The notes beneath the pieces are model-generated. The model worked only from the letters and a program-made list of their open reading frames with translations. It was not told the DNA's origin and searched no databases. Shown here piece after piece: positions 31,077 to 46,483 of a stretch of 64,000 nt of DNA. Location: NCBI RefSeq assembly GCF_009914755.1, contig NC_060930.1; one strand, 5' to 3'. The position numbers and the translations under genes are program-made. The stretch is from the human T2T-CHM13v2.0 reference genome, Homo sapiens. The stretch's first letter is position 1, and each line of letters opens with the position of its first letter.

Positions 31077-34000
31077 TTAGGAGGGAAAGCTCACTCTCTC
31101 GCTTGTCCTTCAGCATTTAGAGCACAGTTTCAGGGTGTAGTAGTGCATTCCTGCTTTTCTGAGATCACTGCGCACTATAGAGCAGGATATCTGCGCTGCT
31201 TCCTGCAATCCATGGGTTACTTGGCAATGACGAGCTGCCAGGAAAATCAAACCATTTGTGAAGTAAGAAGGCTTCGAGGAAGCAGTATGGCACGCTAGAG
31301 AGTGGGCAGTTTCTCTCCTTTTCTGTGGCAGTTTCTTTGTCAAATGGAAGAATCATACCCACCTCTGAGTGTAAAATTGGCAGTGTACACAACATGCATG
31401 GTAAAATACCTGCCATGTCACGTGCTCAGGCTTTAGTTCATTGTTTCATCCTGTGATGCTTTGGGGTTTGTGCCTCCTGACAGCTTACCATGTCCTACAT
31501 CCTCATCCTTCCCTCTTACCAGGATCAATTATATTATGACTGTTTGGTAAATATTCATGAGATTACAGACAACGGCTGTGGTTTCCAGTAAGGAATAAGA
31601 GAGGGAAAGAGACAGACCTGACACTTACTGGGTGTCTTCTGTGCTAGGAACTTTATACATTGTCTTCATTCAAGTTCCTGGGAAACACATGTTGAGATGG
31701 AGAATTGCATGCAGAAGTCTGATTACAGAATATTTTCAGAGATACACCCACAAGAAAGTAAGCAGGCTAGGATCACACCAAGAGTGATGCTGACCTGCAA
31801 TGAAGTAACAGTAGAGTTACTTATAAGAGTTTCTAGCTTATCATCTGGAAAGCTTTTGAGCGGAAATGCCCTTCAGAGATACTCCAGATTGAGGCAAGGG
31901 GTTGGATTTTGCATGTCTACATAAAGCAGTTATTGGCCAGAGACCACCTCTGAGAGGGAATGTAACATTGGATGTGGCATTCCATGCTGTCAAGCACAAC
32001 TCTTGCAAGGGCACAGCTATGAGTCCTCAGCAGCCAACATCACCAGTGAGGGACTATACCAGGAAACTGCGGTGGGGGAGAGAATCCCGATACATAAACT
32101 GAAAAGGGGATCCAGGCAGAGCACCATAGTGTCCACTACGGTTTATCCCCTGCACCATTCAGACCCACTTGCTTCTTATCATAAATTTTCCTCATCTAGT
32201 TACAGCTTCTCCACATTCTATCTGATCTGTTCTCCCAGGGACTTTTCAGAAAGAACAGGAAATGAACTAAAATACTGCTACTGAAGCTGACCTCCAAGTC
32301 ATAACTGATGGTCATCATTCCTCCTCCACATTCCATTCTAGGTTCCCCTCACTGTCAGCTAGAACCTCTGCTGGTTTAGACAACTCCTGGTATGGTGACC
32401 CAAACCCTTATCACTGGTCACCATGTATTCCATAGGCCATGGCTGTTATAATTGCTTATTTACTGTTACGACTGGGTATTATATGTGAGCAATAATCATA
32501 TTCTTTCCTGTGCTCTTTCTGTAGCAGCAGCCATGCTTCCTCCCGATGATCAAGAAGAATTCCTCCTGCCAGTACAGTGACTCCTTTCCTGTTGTCCTCT
32601 TGGCACAAGGAACCTGAAGGGACCAGACAGCAGCCATACTTTCAAGCTCATGGTGCTTTTACTGTTTCCTGGTGAAAGCATTCTTCTCTGGAAGCCAGAA
32701 TGCATAGGGCCTAATGCTGATGGTGAATACCACATTTTGGAGGATGGTGCCCCATCCCTAGAGGGAATCTCACTTTTATTTTAAAATCCATCATACCACT
32801 CCATCAGGCCAGCAGTCTCCTGTGGGGTGGGACCAGGTTCCCAAGTCATGGACCCAATGCCACACAACCTTTGCTGTAAAGTGGGTGCATTGGCCAAAGG
32901 CAATATTGTGCAGTATCCCACACTGATGAATCAAATCTTCTGTAAGCCTGAGATAATGGTGCTGGGCAGAGGCTCTGTGCGCAGGAAAGGCAAATTCACA
33001 CCCAGAATATGTGTACATAATGGTAAAGATGAATTGCTGTCTTTTCCAGTGTGCAAGAGCTCCAAAGTAATCAACTTTCCACCAAGTGGCTGGTTTTCCC
33101 CTCCAGAAATAGTGCTGTTAGAGGCTCTGCTTGTAGAGGAAGGTTGGGTATTTGGTAGCAGCAGTAGCTAGATCAGTCTTGATGAGTACGAGAGGCAGTC
33201 CATACTGTTAGGGCCATCATAGCCCCTATCCCTGCCACCATGACTACTCTATTCATGTTCCCATTGTCCTTGTACTGTCAGAGACTGATCAGCCAGTCTC
33301 TGATGTCAACTAATGAGTGATTTGGTTTACATGGTTGTTTAATCCCTGTCCCATGGTGAATGCATCTAGGTAGGCTTTAATACAAAGATCTTAAAACTTT
33401 GTGCCCATTCTCATAGGTCTATCCATGGTCACTTTCCCAGACCCCCTTGTCCATAATCTTTCAAACTGCTTGGGTGCATGTACATTCTTATTTCAAGCTA
33501 CTTCTCTTCCCACATAAAATGGATGCACCGCCCAGAACTTTGCCCAGTGGGAAGATTTTTCCCTTAACGCTATCTTTCAGGGGCTCCTAAGTGGGGTTGT
33601 AGTGTAGCAGCATTTTCAGTTTGCATCAGTACACACAAGCTGATCCATAACTACATTCAGACTTTTCCTCCTCTACCAACTGGCCACAGGCTTCTCCCTA
33701 CCCCCATGCAGCCATAGGGAGAGCTGTGGGAGAGGTGCTGGTACAACAGTGACAATGTCAGAACCCAGCTTAAGATGAACAGTACTGGCCACATGGTTAC
33801 TTGATGTCTGATGATCAGCTGCTTCATCTTTATCAAGGCATAGTAGCAAGCCAGGAGTTGTTTTTTGTGAATGTTGTATGACAGGCCTTGCTCTAAAACC
33901 CTATGAGCCTACACTGTGATTCTCCTGTTGGCCTTTGCCATCAACACTACATGGCATCCTCTTCCACCACAGATAGATGTTTGACACCATGGAGCCTGCT

Positions 34001-34259
34001 GAATGATCTGAGCATTCTGCAGAGCTCTTTTCTGCTCTAGGCCCCACTCAAATCTGGCAACCTCTCATATTACCATGCAGCAAATCGGTCTGAGACATAT
34101 TCCAAATATGGAATATGCTGCTCCCACAACTTGAAGAAACCTTGTAAGTATTATGCTTTTTTTATAAAGGTGAGAGGTGTAAGATGCAACAATTTGTTCT
34201 TAATTTGGAGACGATGCCCCAACATAACCCAGAACACTGAATTTCTAAAAAATATTATT

Positions 34260-35154
<895 letters not shown>

Positions 35155-38100
35155 AAAATTGATCCAGTAGGCCCCTGAATCTTCATAGGGATTATCACCC
35201 ACTCTCTGGTGTGGCCGTCTTATCAAAGCCTCTAACATACTTGCCATTTCTTGCTAATCTGTTCCAATTATCAGAATGTCATCAGTATAGAGAACCAACA
35301 TGATGTTCTGAGGAATGCCCAGATAGCCCCAGTTCTTTCAGACAGAGTGGAGGAATTAACAAAGCCCTGAGGCAGGACTGTAAATGCATATTGTTGTTTA
35401 TTTCACACAAATGGGAACTGCATACAATAATCCTTTTGATAACTAGAAAAGAATGTATTTGCCAGATCAGTGGCTGCATACCATGTTATTTTGCTCCAGC
35501 AAAGATTCTACATGAGATTGCTGCAAGAGGGTACAACTTGGTCAAGCTATCCAATTTTTATAAAGGCCAGAATGATTAATTAAATTAAGAAATGACAGAG
35601 ACCACTGCCTGTGCATTCTTAATATCTTTAAAGGTGTCATTAATGTCTACTATTTTCCCTAGAATGTATTATTGATGTTGATTTATTATCTTTGCTAAGG
35701 GATTAAAAAGGCTGTTTTGATGGCTTCCAGTTGGCATTTCACACTCTGATACCTCTTAACCACAGGCCAATAAACCAGTGTGAGGGTTCTACTAACTATC
35801 AAACATGTTCATTACAGTTATAAACTCAGGGGCCAGGGAAGTAACCATTATGTAGGTCCACTGACTGAATGGATTCACTGTGAATGGATCTGAGTCAAAA
35901 TGCCACTTATTACGAGACAACCATGTGTCTTCATTCTAATGGTGAGTCATAATGGCATTTTGGGTCAGGCATCAATGCCAGTTCAGATCTTGTGACCAAC
36001 AATTTTGAAAGGTCTAGGTATTCTCTTTTTCCTAATGCACACAAGTAAATAGGCATAGGCCTCTTTGGGTAAAGAATGGGGCAATTACTGCTAAAGATAC
36101 CTGTGACACTGTTGCAGACCGTGTGGCAGAGTCCCTTCTCATAAAGACCTAACCTCTCCATCAGTTAGTGGGTTCCAGATCTGAGAACTGCATAAGGTCT
36201 CGAAACTTTTAGTAAGACAGCTATCAGCCCCTGACCATCCATCTCCACAGCTCTCTGCAGGTTGGGCCACAAGACTGCCTCTTCAACATTGCAATTCCTT
36301 GTAATAACTGCCTACCTACTTCTGATTGTTAGGCGCTGCCACCTATCCTCTATTATGTTGAGATCTTATCAGCTCCACTGTGCTCAGAGAGCCCAGTATT
36401 CTCACAGCATCTCCTGTCATCAGTCCTGGCCAACAGAGGTCAGGCACTACTGGTCTTCCCAGCATTGCTGCTGTTCCTCTCTCAGGCACATTCCTTATTG
36501 TCAAACACAGGGTCCTCCAGACCCTCCAATGGAGCAGAGCCAGCTGAGGGGTTTTTGGCCTTACATTATATATCCACTCTAGCACATCTGATACTCTGAG
36601 ACTTTTGATTCCTTCCTCCACCATGTGGCAGGAAAGTTCTGTCTCAACTTGACTTAATATGGACCATCACATTTTCCAAGCTTAAAGAGCCATCCTAGCA
36701 GCATATAAGCACTGTACCCAGAGTCCTTGCCAGGGTGTTTAATCCTGTATTATGGGAGAGTGCTCCTGTATGAATAACTCCCCCTTATCCAACTGTATAC
36801 TCCACTGCTCCCTAAGCCAGAACCCTCAAGAACAAGACCCATGCATACTTTTCCACCCTTGCTGATCTCTATAATCCAGATCCTGCAACTCCTTTGATGT
36901 ATAGTCTGTCTCCTCCCTTGGCTGGCCCAACCTATCCTCACTCAGGCTGTGCTGAGGATTTACCAGCATCATTTGAATGCCAGGAATAAAAAGAGGGTAG
37001 ATCTTGGGGGTGGGGGTAGGTGTAACTATTTCCCTCATTGTCAAGACTTCTGCATATTATTTAAGCTAAGTAGAGCCACTATTTTCTCACAAGGGAAGGT
37101 AGGTCACTTTGCAAGTCCAGCAGATTTAAGAAAATTGAGGATTTCAAAGTTTACAACCTCATCTACCCAGGTATCCACAGCTCAAGTCTCAGGATTCCAT
37201 TTTTCTTCTATCTGGGCCCTAACACTGTCTCAGGAGAATTGCCAGAATGTGAGTTTAACATTCTCTGAAGCTCCACTCTTCTTATGATTAAATCCTGAGC
37301 CTGGTCCTCCGCTCTGTCTGCCCTCCAGCTGCAAGAGATTAGGATTTCCTTAAATATTGCCAAGGAGGCCCTCCAGTTTCCACATTTTGTCTTGAATTGG
37401 TAATCACCTGAGCCCATCATTATCCCTCTTTGATGAATGTGTTGCTCAGTAACACCGCCCAATTCCAAAGTCACTGCAATTACAATTCCCTCTACTTCTT
37501 AAGAACCAGAGATATTGCACCAGCCAGTCTGTCTCCTTCCACCAATATCCCAACCCAATTTACCACTAGTAAAAGTTTTAACAATTACACCAGTAAGATA
37601 CAGCAAGGAATGTCCATATTTCACTTAGAAATAGTCATGGGGTCCTCATTGTCATTCAGCTGGCAAAAGATTTTTCTCTTAGAATCTATTTCCTATGACC
37701 ACTCCTGGTTCCAACTGTCTTCAACTGGCTTCCTTGGAAATAGACTCTGAAAATGAACCATTGCATGCAGAAGATATTTTTAGAAATGTTTTTGGAAGAC
37801 ACACCTGTTAGGAAGTGAAAAAGGTAGGATTGGGCAGGGTGAGAAGCTGGCCCACATGAGGTTACAACAGAACTCCAGAGGCTTCACAGTGAACTCTGGA
37901 ACTCAGAAGGCCTTTCAGAATTGTCCCATAATGAACCACGGAGGACAGGCTTATGACAACCTACAGAAGCAAATCATTGGTTGCAAGTGACCCTTGGAAG
38001 GAAATGTAACATTGAGTGAGACAGTTTTCTGCTGCTGAGGGCAATTTCCAGCAAAGGGAGCTGCTTTGAGCCATCAGCAGCTGTTAATCCCAAAAGCAGG

Positions 38101-39639
38101 GCATTGGGTATGTCAGCCTTAAGGAGGGAATCTGGGCAGAGCACCGCAATACACACTACATATATCTTGTTTTATTTATATTCCAGCTGTGTTCAGCCAA
38201 GAGTTTCAATCCAGATTGGTTTCCTGCTTCCAGAAGAACTACACAGAAGGAACTGAACCTCGCAGAGATTAAGCCTTGCCCTGAGGTCAAATGAGTTGGT
38301 GAGTGACAGAGACAGCAGGATCAGGCAGGCAAGTAGGGTAGCTCATTATTGAGGAAATGGTGAAGTCATAGTCTTCTGTCACAGGATCCAAGCTACGTAC
38401 AGGAAGTCTCTAGAAGAGCCTCAGCATTTAGAATTCAAAAGACTTAGGAAGCTCATTGTCACAGCAGCAATGGAAGGACTTTGGCACAATTTCTCAAGCA
38501 CCTGCAAGAGGGTTTCAGCTTGTTTTTAAAGAGAAACAGCTCAAGCCAAATTGCCCAATCCATCCTTCAAGAAGAGACTGATTGTCATTAAAAGGCTACT
38601 GCTAGTCTCTGTCTAGAACACTCCAATGTCTGCCTTCTGAGAGCATTCATGTTGCCTCGTGTCCTACAGGGCACCCAATGGGTGTTAAATATCTAGAAAT
38701 CTCCAGTCTCAGGCCCTGCTTAATTTTTTCTTCATTTTCTCAGTGTTAGGCAGACATCAGGATCACTCTCAAGTGGGTGACATGAGCCACTGTTCTTACT
38801 CCAGGAAAAGGTGCATGCAACATTTTTCTTTGACTACAGCGTACTGAGATGTCTTTGGAAGAAGATCCACATATATTACCACAACTGCTACCAGATATTC
38901 CTTCAAAGCATGTAAAAATGGAATTAGTCCCAGAGTTTGCCAGAGATCGAGTTTCAATGGCCAGGCTTCACCTCCAAATCATTGTGGTCCATTCATCCAT
39001 TCACTTAATTGGTGCTAATGAAGCTCAGAACTACTGATTTGGTTGAAATGTGGACCAGTTAGCCCTGTTCTCATCTCTGATTATATGGGCTCTAATCCCA
39101 AACCCAGGCATCTTGATCCCAGATGCAGACTGGGTTGTGGTGGAACAGATGGGGCATGTGAATGGACCACAAATGAAAATCATAGGCCAAGTCACCCTTC
39201 TGATAGCAAGCCAACTATCTTAACCTCCACAGGGAGATACAATCACTATGAGGGAATATGAGTACTTAATAATCACTTGTGAAATTAATGGACAAACTCC
39301 TTAAATGGAGTAATTATACTCTGCATTTCACAGGTCTACCCACGGCTTCTCTGTTTCCGTGTTAAACTAGAAATTGATGCTGAGCAGAGCTTTCCCTCCT
39401 CCTCATCCACTGGCAGGAAACATATCATGTCTCAGCACACCAGGGGATACCCGGTGACTTGCTGGGGAGCGTGAGCTGGAGCAGGTCCTATGACAGCATG
39501 CGCCACTTTGCCTTAATAAAAATTACCAAACTTAAAACAGATGACAGCTGCAGATGCTGAGAAACTGAAACATATAAACTATCTCTTTTTCTTGGAATTT
39601 TTTTCTCATTGGGTGGGTCTTTTTTTTTTTTGCCCAACT

Positions 39640-39640
<1 letters not shown>

Positions 39641-39672
<32 letters not shown>
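39641..39672. repeat. (GT)n microsatellite
   Basis: Directly visible. Confidence 0.95.
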
Positions 39673-39674
<2 letters not shown>

Positions 39675-41089
39675 ACGTGTCGTCCATGTGTTAATGAAGA
39701 CGGTGGGAGGCCTTTGGCCGGGTGTGCACCAGCTGTAGCCTGAAGAAACAGCTCCCCGGACACTGACCAGACTTGATTAAATGGTGGGGTGGTCTGTTCT
39801 AGAAGAATCCACCTCACACAGGGGGTCTCCTTTGATTATTTCTACTTTTGTCATCAGAAAGACACTTGGGAACCATGTCTATTTTCCTGAATCTTCCTGT
39901 GTTGCATCACTTCCCCGTTTGGCACTTTCTTTTTCCCCAGGTCACTCTATCAGTCAACTATATTTATTAAAACCCTACCATAGTTAGAATACCTCCATTA
40001 GATTCCGCAAAATAAGCAAGACGCTCCCTGCCTATGAGAAGCACACAGACTGCTTTAGGAGAAATCACGCACAAGCATGAGGCCACTTGACACTGTGTGA
40101 AAGTAGCGACGTACCGCAGTGTAAAACATCATTATAAAGCGAACGGAGGGCAACGAAGCACAGGCCAAAACAGAGCTGAGCAACATTCACGAAAACAGGC
40201 CTCCTAGGAGAGGCAAACTGTGAAGAAATTATTGTTAACGCCTCCACGTACTATATCCCATGCTGAAAATAATACATCCAATGATTAAGCTCCTTTGATT
40301 CTACCTTCAAATTTCCTTTTGTGATATTTCTCAAACCTGTTTTTCCTCTCCCACCAGCAGGCCATAAATTGCTTTGCTTCTGTCACATATTTTAACTGGC
40401 CTGCAGGTGTCCAGCCTCTCTTCCATTTCACCTTGGCAATGTATGATTGTCACATTTTCTTTGTAAAGTGGAATTACTTCAAATAAATCATTGGCCTGTT
40501 CAAGAACCAATAACAACTTCATGGTGATTCTTAGGAGAAGGCAGAAGGACTGCACTCATAGACCCCAGATGTAACCTACATATAAGTAATCTTTTAACAG
40601 CCAAACAGTATTTAACACTCTTATTAAATTATTGTTATTACAATTTAGTGAATCGTTTAGTAAATTGTATGTATTTGCTTTTATAGAGTTGGTTTAATCA
40701 CTTACAGATAATTATTTGAGTTCTGAATTAATACCTTTAAACCATGAACCTGATTTGGATAGAGGTAAAAATTGGAATCATTAGCCTAGTGCTCTAAGTA
40801 GAGGAAAGATAGGATATGTTGTTCAAATCTACATGTTTAGCCTTTACCCACATCCCTGCCAACTAGCTCAATGGTAAATAGATGAGGCAACAATCAGGAA
40901 AGATCTCAGGCTAAAGGAACTATGATTTAAATTAACATCATATTCCATAACTTCCACAGCAAAGCAAGTAACATCATCTTCCTTCACTCTGTAAATTTTT
41001 TCTTACTTGCTTTTTGAGAGATAGAAGTGAATCTCCCCAAGGACTACTAGTGGCAAATAAACTACATCAATAAGAGTGGACAAACAAGC

Positions 41090-41430
41090 AAGAAGAGTTG
41101 GAAACCTTTTTGAAAAAGCAAATAATGAGGGAGAACTAATCCTGTCAGAAATTATACTAGAAAAATAAAATAATGAAAACAGTGTGGTACTGGTTCATAA
41201 ATAAAAATCCATAATAATGAAACAAAAAAGGTCAAAAATAGATCTAATTACCTATGGAAATTTAGTATATGTAAAGGTGACATTTTAAACTAGTAATAAA
41301 AAGATGTTGCTCAGATGAATAAACAGCCCTTTCAGAAAAAAATATGACTTATTTTCCTACCTCACCTCTAATTTCAAAACAAAGTTCAGATAAATATAAG
41401 ATTTAAATATATTTTAAAATGGAGTGAAAA
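41090..41430 (+). mobile_element. Old L1M ORF2 fragment
   Basis: aaaacagtgtggtactggttcataaat...ggaaatttagtatatg. Confidence 0.6.
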
Positions 41431-41441
41431 TACAAATATAT

Positions 41442-41741
<300 letters not shown>

Positions 41742-41794
41742 ACAGATATATTTTTTAAAGTTCAAGAAGAAAATATGCAATCATTTTTTTTAAA

Positions 41795-42348
41795 CAGAAT
41801 GTAGGGGCAGCTGTTTTGGACAACAGTTTGTTAGGTAAAGATAGCTGTGTGACTCAACAATTTCACTCTTAGGAATATAGCCAAGGAAACTGTAAATGTA
41901 AGTTCACACAAAAGCATTCATGTATGTGAATGTTTATAGCAACATTATTCAAAATAGGCAAAGAGTGTAAACAACTCTAACGTCCATGAGCTGATGAATC
42001 CATAAACAGAATGTGTTATATCCACACAATGATATTATTCAGTCATGAAGAACTGTGAAGTACTGATGTATGCTACAGCATGGATGGACCTTGAAAACTC
42101 TACGCTAAGTAAAAGGAGTCAGACACAAAAGGCTACATATTGTATGATTCTATTTATATGAAACATCCAGAATAGGCAAATTGTAGAGACAGAGAATAGA
42201 TTAGTGGTTGCCAGGGACTGGAAGCAGGGATGAATGCTCTGTGACTGCTATTGGGTACATGGTTTCTTTAGGGGCTGATGAAAATATTCTGGAATTAGTG
42301 GTGATGGTTGTATAGCCTTGGGAATACCCCAAAAACCACTTTAAAAAA
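41795..42348 (+). mobile_element. L1MB-like 3' region
   Basis: gctacagcatggatggaccttgaaaac...ttagtggttgccaggg...gatgaaaatattctggaattag. Confidence 0.85.
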
Positions 42349-42778
42349 TATAATTGACATAGTTTAAACAGGACATCTTAATAGAAAATTTTTAAATGCA
42401 CTTGACTGAATGAAAATAAAAATGCACATAACAAAATTCACTGGACAGAGCTAAAACAATGCTAAAACATTTATAGCACTAAACTGTAGCATTAAAAACA
42501 GCAAGAGTCTCAAATCAATAATCTAATCCCCCACCTAAAGAATCTAGAAAAGACCAAGATGAACTCAAAGGTATAAAAGAAAAATAATAAAGATAAGTGT
42601 AGAAATCAATAAAATTGAAAACAGAAAAAATAATGGGGAAAATCAATCAAACAAAAAGCTAATTATTTGAAAAGAATAATAAAATTGACAAAACACCAGC
42701 AAAACTGACAATTAAAAAAAAAGAGAAGATATGAATTACCAATGTCAGGAATGAAACAGGAAAGCACTACAGACCCTG

Positions 42779-44207
42779 TGAGAGGTGACAGCGTGCTGGC
42801 AGTCCTCACAGCCGTCGCTCGCTCTCGGCGCCTCCTCTGCCTGGGCTCCCACTTTGGCGGCACTTGAGGAGCCCTTCAGCCCACCGCTGCACTATGGGAG
42901 CCCCTTTCTGGGCTGGCCAAGGCCAGAGCCTACTCCCTCAGCTTGCCGGGAGGTGTGGAGGGAGAGGCGTGAGCGGGAACCAGGGCTGCGGGCGGCGCTT
43001 GCGGGCCAGCGGGAGTTCCGGGTGGGCGTGGCCTTGGCGAGCTCTGCACTCTGAGCAGCCCGCCGGCCCTGCCGGCCCCAGGCAATGAGGGGCTTAGCAC
43101 CCGGGCCAGCGGCTGTGGAGGGTGTACTGGGTCCCCCAGCAGTGCCAGCCCACTGGCGCTGCGCTCGATTTCTCGCCGGGCCTTAGCTGCCTTCCCGTGG
43201 GGCACGGCTTGGGACCTGCAGCCCGCCATGCCTGAGCCTCCCACCCGCTCCGTGGGCTCCTGTGCGGCCCGAGCCTCCTCCACGAGGGCCACCCCCTGCT
43301 CCACTGGTGCCCGGTCCCATTGACCACCCAAGGGCTGAGGAGTGCAGGCGCATGGCATGGGACTGGCAGGCAGCTCCACCTGCAGCCCCGGTGCAGGATC
43401 CACTGGGTGAAGCCAGCTGGGCTCGTGAGTCTGGTGGGGCCTTGGAGAACCTTTATGTCTAGCTCAGGGATTGTAAATACACCAATGGGCACTCTGTATC
43501 TAGCTCAAGGTTTGTAAACACACCAATCAGCACCCTGTGTTTAGCTCAGGGTTTGTGAGTGCACCAATCCACACTCTGTATCTAGCTGCTCTGGTGGGGC
43601 CTTGGAGAACCTTTGTGTCCATACTCTGTATCTAATCTGATGGGGACGTGGAGAACCTTTGTATCTAGCTCAGGGATTGTAAAGGCACCAATCAGTGCCC
43701 TGTCAAAACAGACCACTGGGCTCTACCAATCAGCAGGACGTGGGTGGGGCCAGATAAGAGAATAAAAGCAGGCTGCCGGAGCCAGCAGTGGCAACCCGCT
43801 CGGGTCCCCTTCCACACTGTGGAAGGTTTGTTCTTTTGCTCTTTGCAATAAATCTTGCTACTGCTCACTCTTTGGGTCCACACTGCTTTTATGAGCTGTA
43901 ACACTCACCGGGAAGGTCTGCAGCTTCACTCCTGAAGCCAGAGAGACCACGAGCCCACCGGGAGGAAGGAACAACTCCAGACGCCCCGCCTTAAGAGCTG
44001 TAACACTGACGGAGAACGTCTGCAGCTTCACTCCTGAGCCAGTGAGACCACGAACCCACCAGAAGGAAGAAACTCCGAACACATCGGAACATCAGAAGGC
44101 ACAAACTCCAGACACGCCACCTTAAGAGCTGTAACACTCACCGCAAGGGTCCGCGGCTTCATTCTTGAAGTCAGTGAGACCAAGAACCCACCAATTCCGG
44201 ACACACA
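42779..44207 (+). mobile_element. LTR12C (ERV9) solo LTR
   Basis: Starts tgagaggtgacagcgtgctggcagtcc and ends ccaattccggacaca; GC/CpG-rich U3; tandem CCAAT repeats; ~80-bp gagctgtaacact U5 repeats; 4-bp TSD cctg. Confidence 0.97.
43420..43800 (+). promoter_or_regulatory. LTR12C U3 enhancer/promoter (CCAAT/NF-Y cluster, GATA, TATA-like aataaaa)
   Basis: ccaat at ~43482, 43523, 43564, 43688, 43726; agataagagaataaaagc at ~43752-43769. Confidence 0.7.
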
Positions 44208-46000
44208 CCTGGAGACATAAAAAGATAAGAATACTATGAACAACTTTACACACATAAATTTGAAAACTTAAAAAAATGAATAAATTCTTGGAAAAGCACA
44301 AACTTCCTTAATTTATCCAATATGAAATACGTAATTTGAATAGTCCTATCATAATAAGGAAATTGAATTCAAAATTTTAAAATTCAAAAAAGAAATCTCC
44401 AGGCCCAGATAGTTTCACTGAATATTCTATTAAACATTTAAAGAATTAACAAAGTTTCTTTCCATCTATTTCAGAAAGTAGAAGAGGAGGAACTTTCCTA
44501 GGTGTTTTGTGAACTAGTATTACCTTGATCCCAAAGCCAGACAGCATAAACAAAGGAAACTACAGACCACTATACCTCAAGAATACAAACACAAAAATTC
44601 TTAATAAAATATTATGAAATAGAATTCAGCAATATGTAAAAAGAATTGTAGATCATGACCAAGTGGGTTAATTCCAGAGATGTAAGGCTTGCTCAATATT
44701 TGAAAACCAATCTATTTAATCCACTATACTGAGAGGCAAAGGAATAAAAATGACACAATGATATCTACTGATGGCAGAAAAAGCAGTTGATAAAATTCAA
44801 TACCCCTTTATGATAAAAACTCTCCGAAAGTTAGGAATAAGGGAAACTTCCTAAACATGATAAGATCATTGACAAAGCCTACAGCTAATACCGTATACTC
44901 AGCGAGGACAAATTGAACTCTTTTTCTTTAAGATCCAGAACAAGGAAATAATATCTACTTTTATTCAACGCAGTACTGGAAGTTCTAGCCACTGGATAAG
45001 GCAAGAAAGGTAAGTGAAAACAATACTGATTGGAATGGACAAATAAAAATGTCTCTATTTGCAGATTACATAATTGTCTATGTACAAAATCCCAATAAAT
45101 CTATCCCCCAAAATTCTAAAGCTGATAAGGATATAAGATAAACATCAAATTAAATTAAAACCACAGTGAGATATCACTACGCACCTATCAAAATGACTAA
45201 AATAAAAAGTAGTGACATCAAACGGATGCAGAGAAACTGAATCACTCATAAAATGGTACAGCCACCCTGGAAAACAGTTGGGCAGTTTCTAAAAAAAGTT
45301 AAACATACACTTACAGACAACTTACATTTCTTTCTTCACTTTAACATGACTGGTACATTTCTATATTTCATTTCATATAAGCACAGTCTACATAGAATGG
45401 CAAGATTTAAAAGACGATATACACTATTTAGAGAAAGGTTTCAAGAAATACAGAAAATATCCTTTCATTGCTCTCAACTACTGCTTAATCTCTTCTGCTC
45501 TGGTTGCCAGCTTTAAATAATTTAATTGACCCTACATCTTCCTTAGCTTGCCTTAGACTAGTCAAGTCGCTACTATACCTTGAGAATCTCCTAGCACATT
45601 TCTCAGGTACTGAAACCTCTCAGGCTTTGTTCTACTGTGCTTCTAATGGCTCTGAAAAAGTAACTATATGTGTTTGTTTTCTGTCTATTTCAAGAAAAGA
45701 TTCATCCCATTTCTATGCCCTTAACACCCATCTATTTTGCTTTTCTTCAGTTTTCCTTTTTATGGTTGGAGGCCCTAAAAGAAAGAACATAATTAGCCTT
45801 ATTTAATGTTTGCCCAGTGACCTACCTTTGCTAGCCCTTCCACCACACTACACATGTCCCTTCCTGTTCCCACCCTTCCAGCATTTTGAGCTCTGTGCCC
45901 TGGAAAAATCCCCTGTGAGCCTTGTAGAATACTCATTCAGCACTTCCCTGGGCAGCACGTCTCATTTTCAAGTTCATGATAAAAACATTTGACTTTTCTA

Positions 46001-46483
46001 TTCTTTGAGGAATCGCCACACTTCTTCAAATTAGTTGAACTAATTTACACTCCCACCAACAGTGTAAAAGCCTCCATGGAATACTATGCAGCCATAAAAA
46101 GGAACAAGATCATGTCTTTGCAGGGACATGGATGAGTTTGAAGCCATTATCCTCAGCAAACTAACGCAGGAACAGAAAACCAAACACTGTATGTTCTCAC
46201 TTATTAGTGGGAGCTGAACAATGAGAACACATGGACACGAATGGGGAACAACACACACTGAGGCCTGTTGGCAAGGAGGAGTTGGGGAAGGGAGAGCATC
46301 AGGATAAATAGTTAATGTATGCTGGGCTTAATACCAAGGTTGGGTTGATAGGTGCAGCAAACCACCATGGCACAGGTTTACCTATGTAACAAACCCGCAC
46401 GTCCTGCACATGTATCCTGGAACTTATAATAAAATTAAATTCAATTTAAAATTTTTAAAAAGACAGATCCCAAAGGAAAAAAA
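46001..46483 (+). mobile_element. L1PA12/13-like 3' end with a 5' inversion (twin priming)
   Basis: Antisense L1 at 46001-46070, sense L1 at 46073-46437; TSD ttgacttttcta at 45989-46000 and 46484-46495. Confidence 0.88.

Larger units (their letters stand above)
42380..45330 (+). mobile_element. Old L1M ORF2 remnant split by LTR12C
   Basis: agaaatcaataaaattgaaaacaga...cactacagaccctg | gagacataaaaagataagaatactatgaacaact...catgaccaagtggg. Confidence 0.85.

Noticed and set aside
42663-44255. Overlapping GC-rich ORFs or a CpG-island gene promoter
   Set aside because: Fully explained by the LTR12C sequence.
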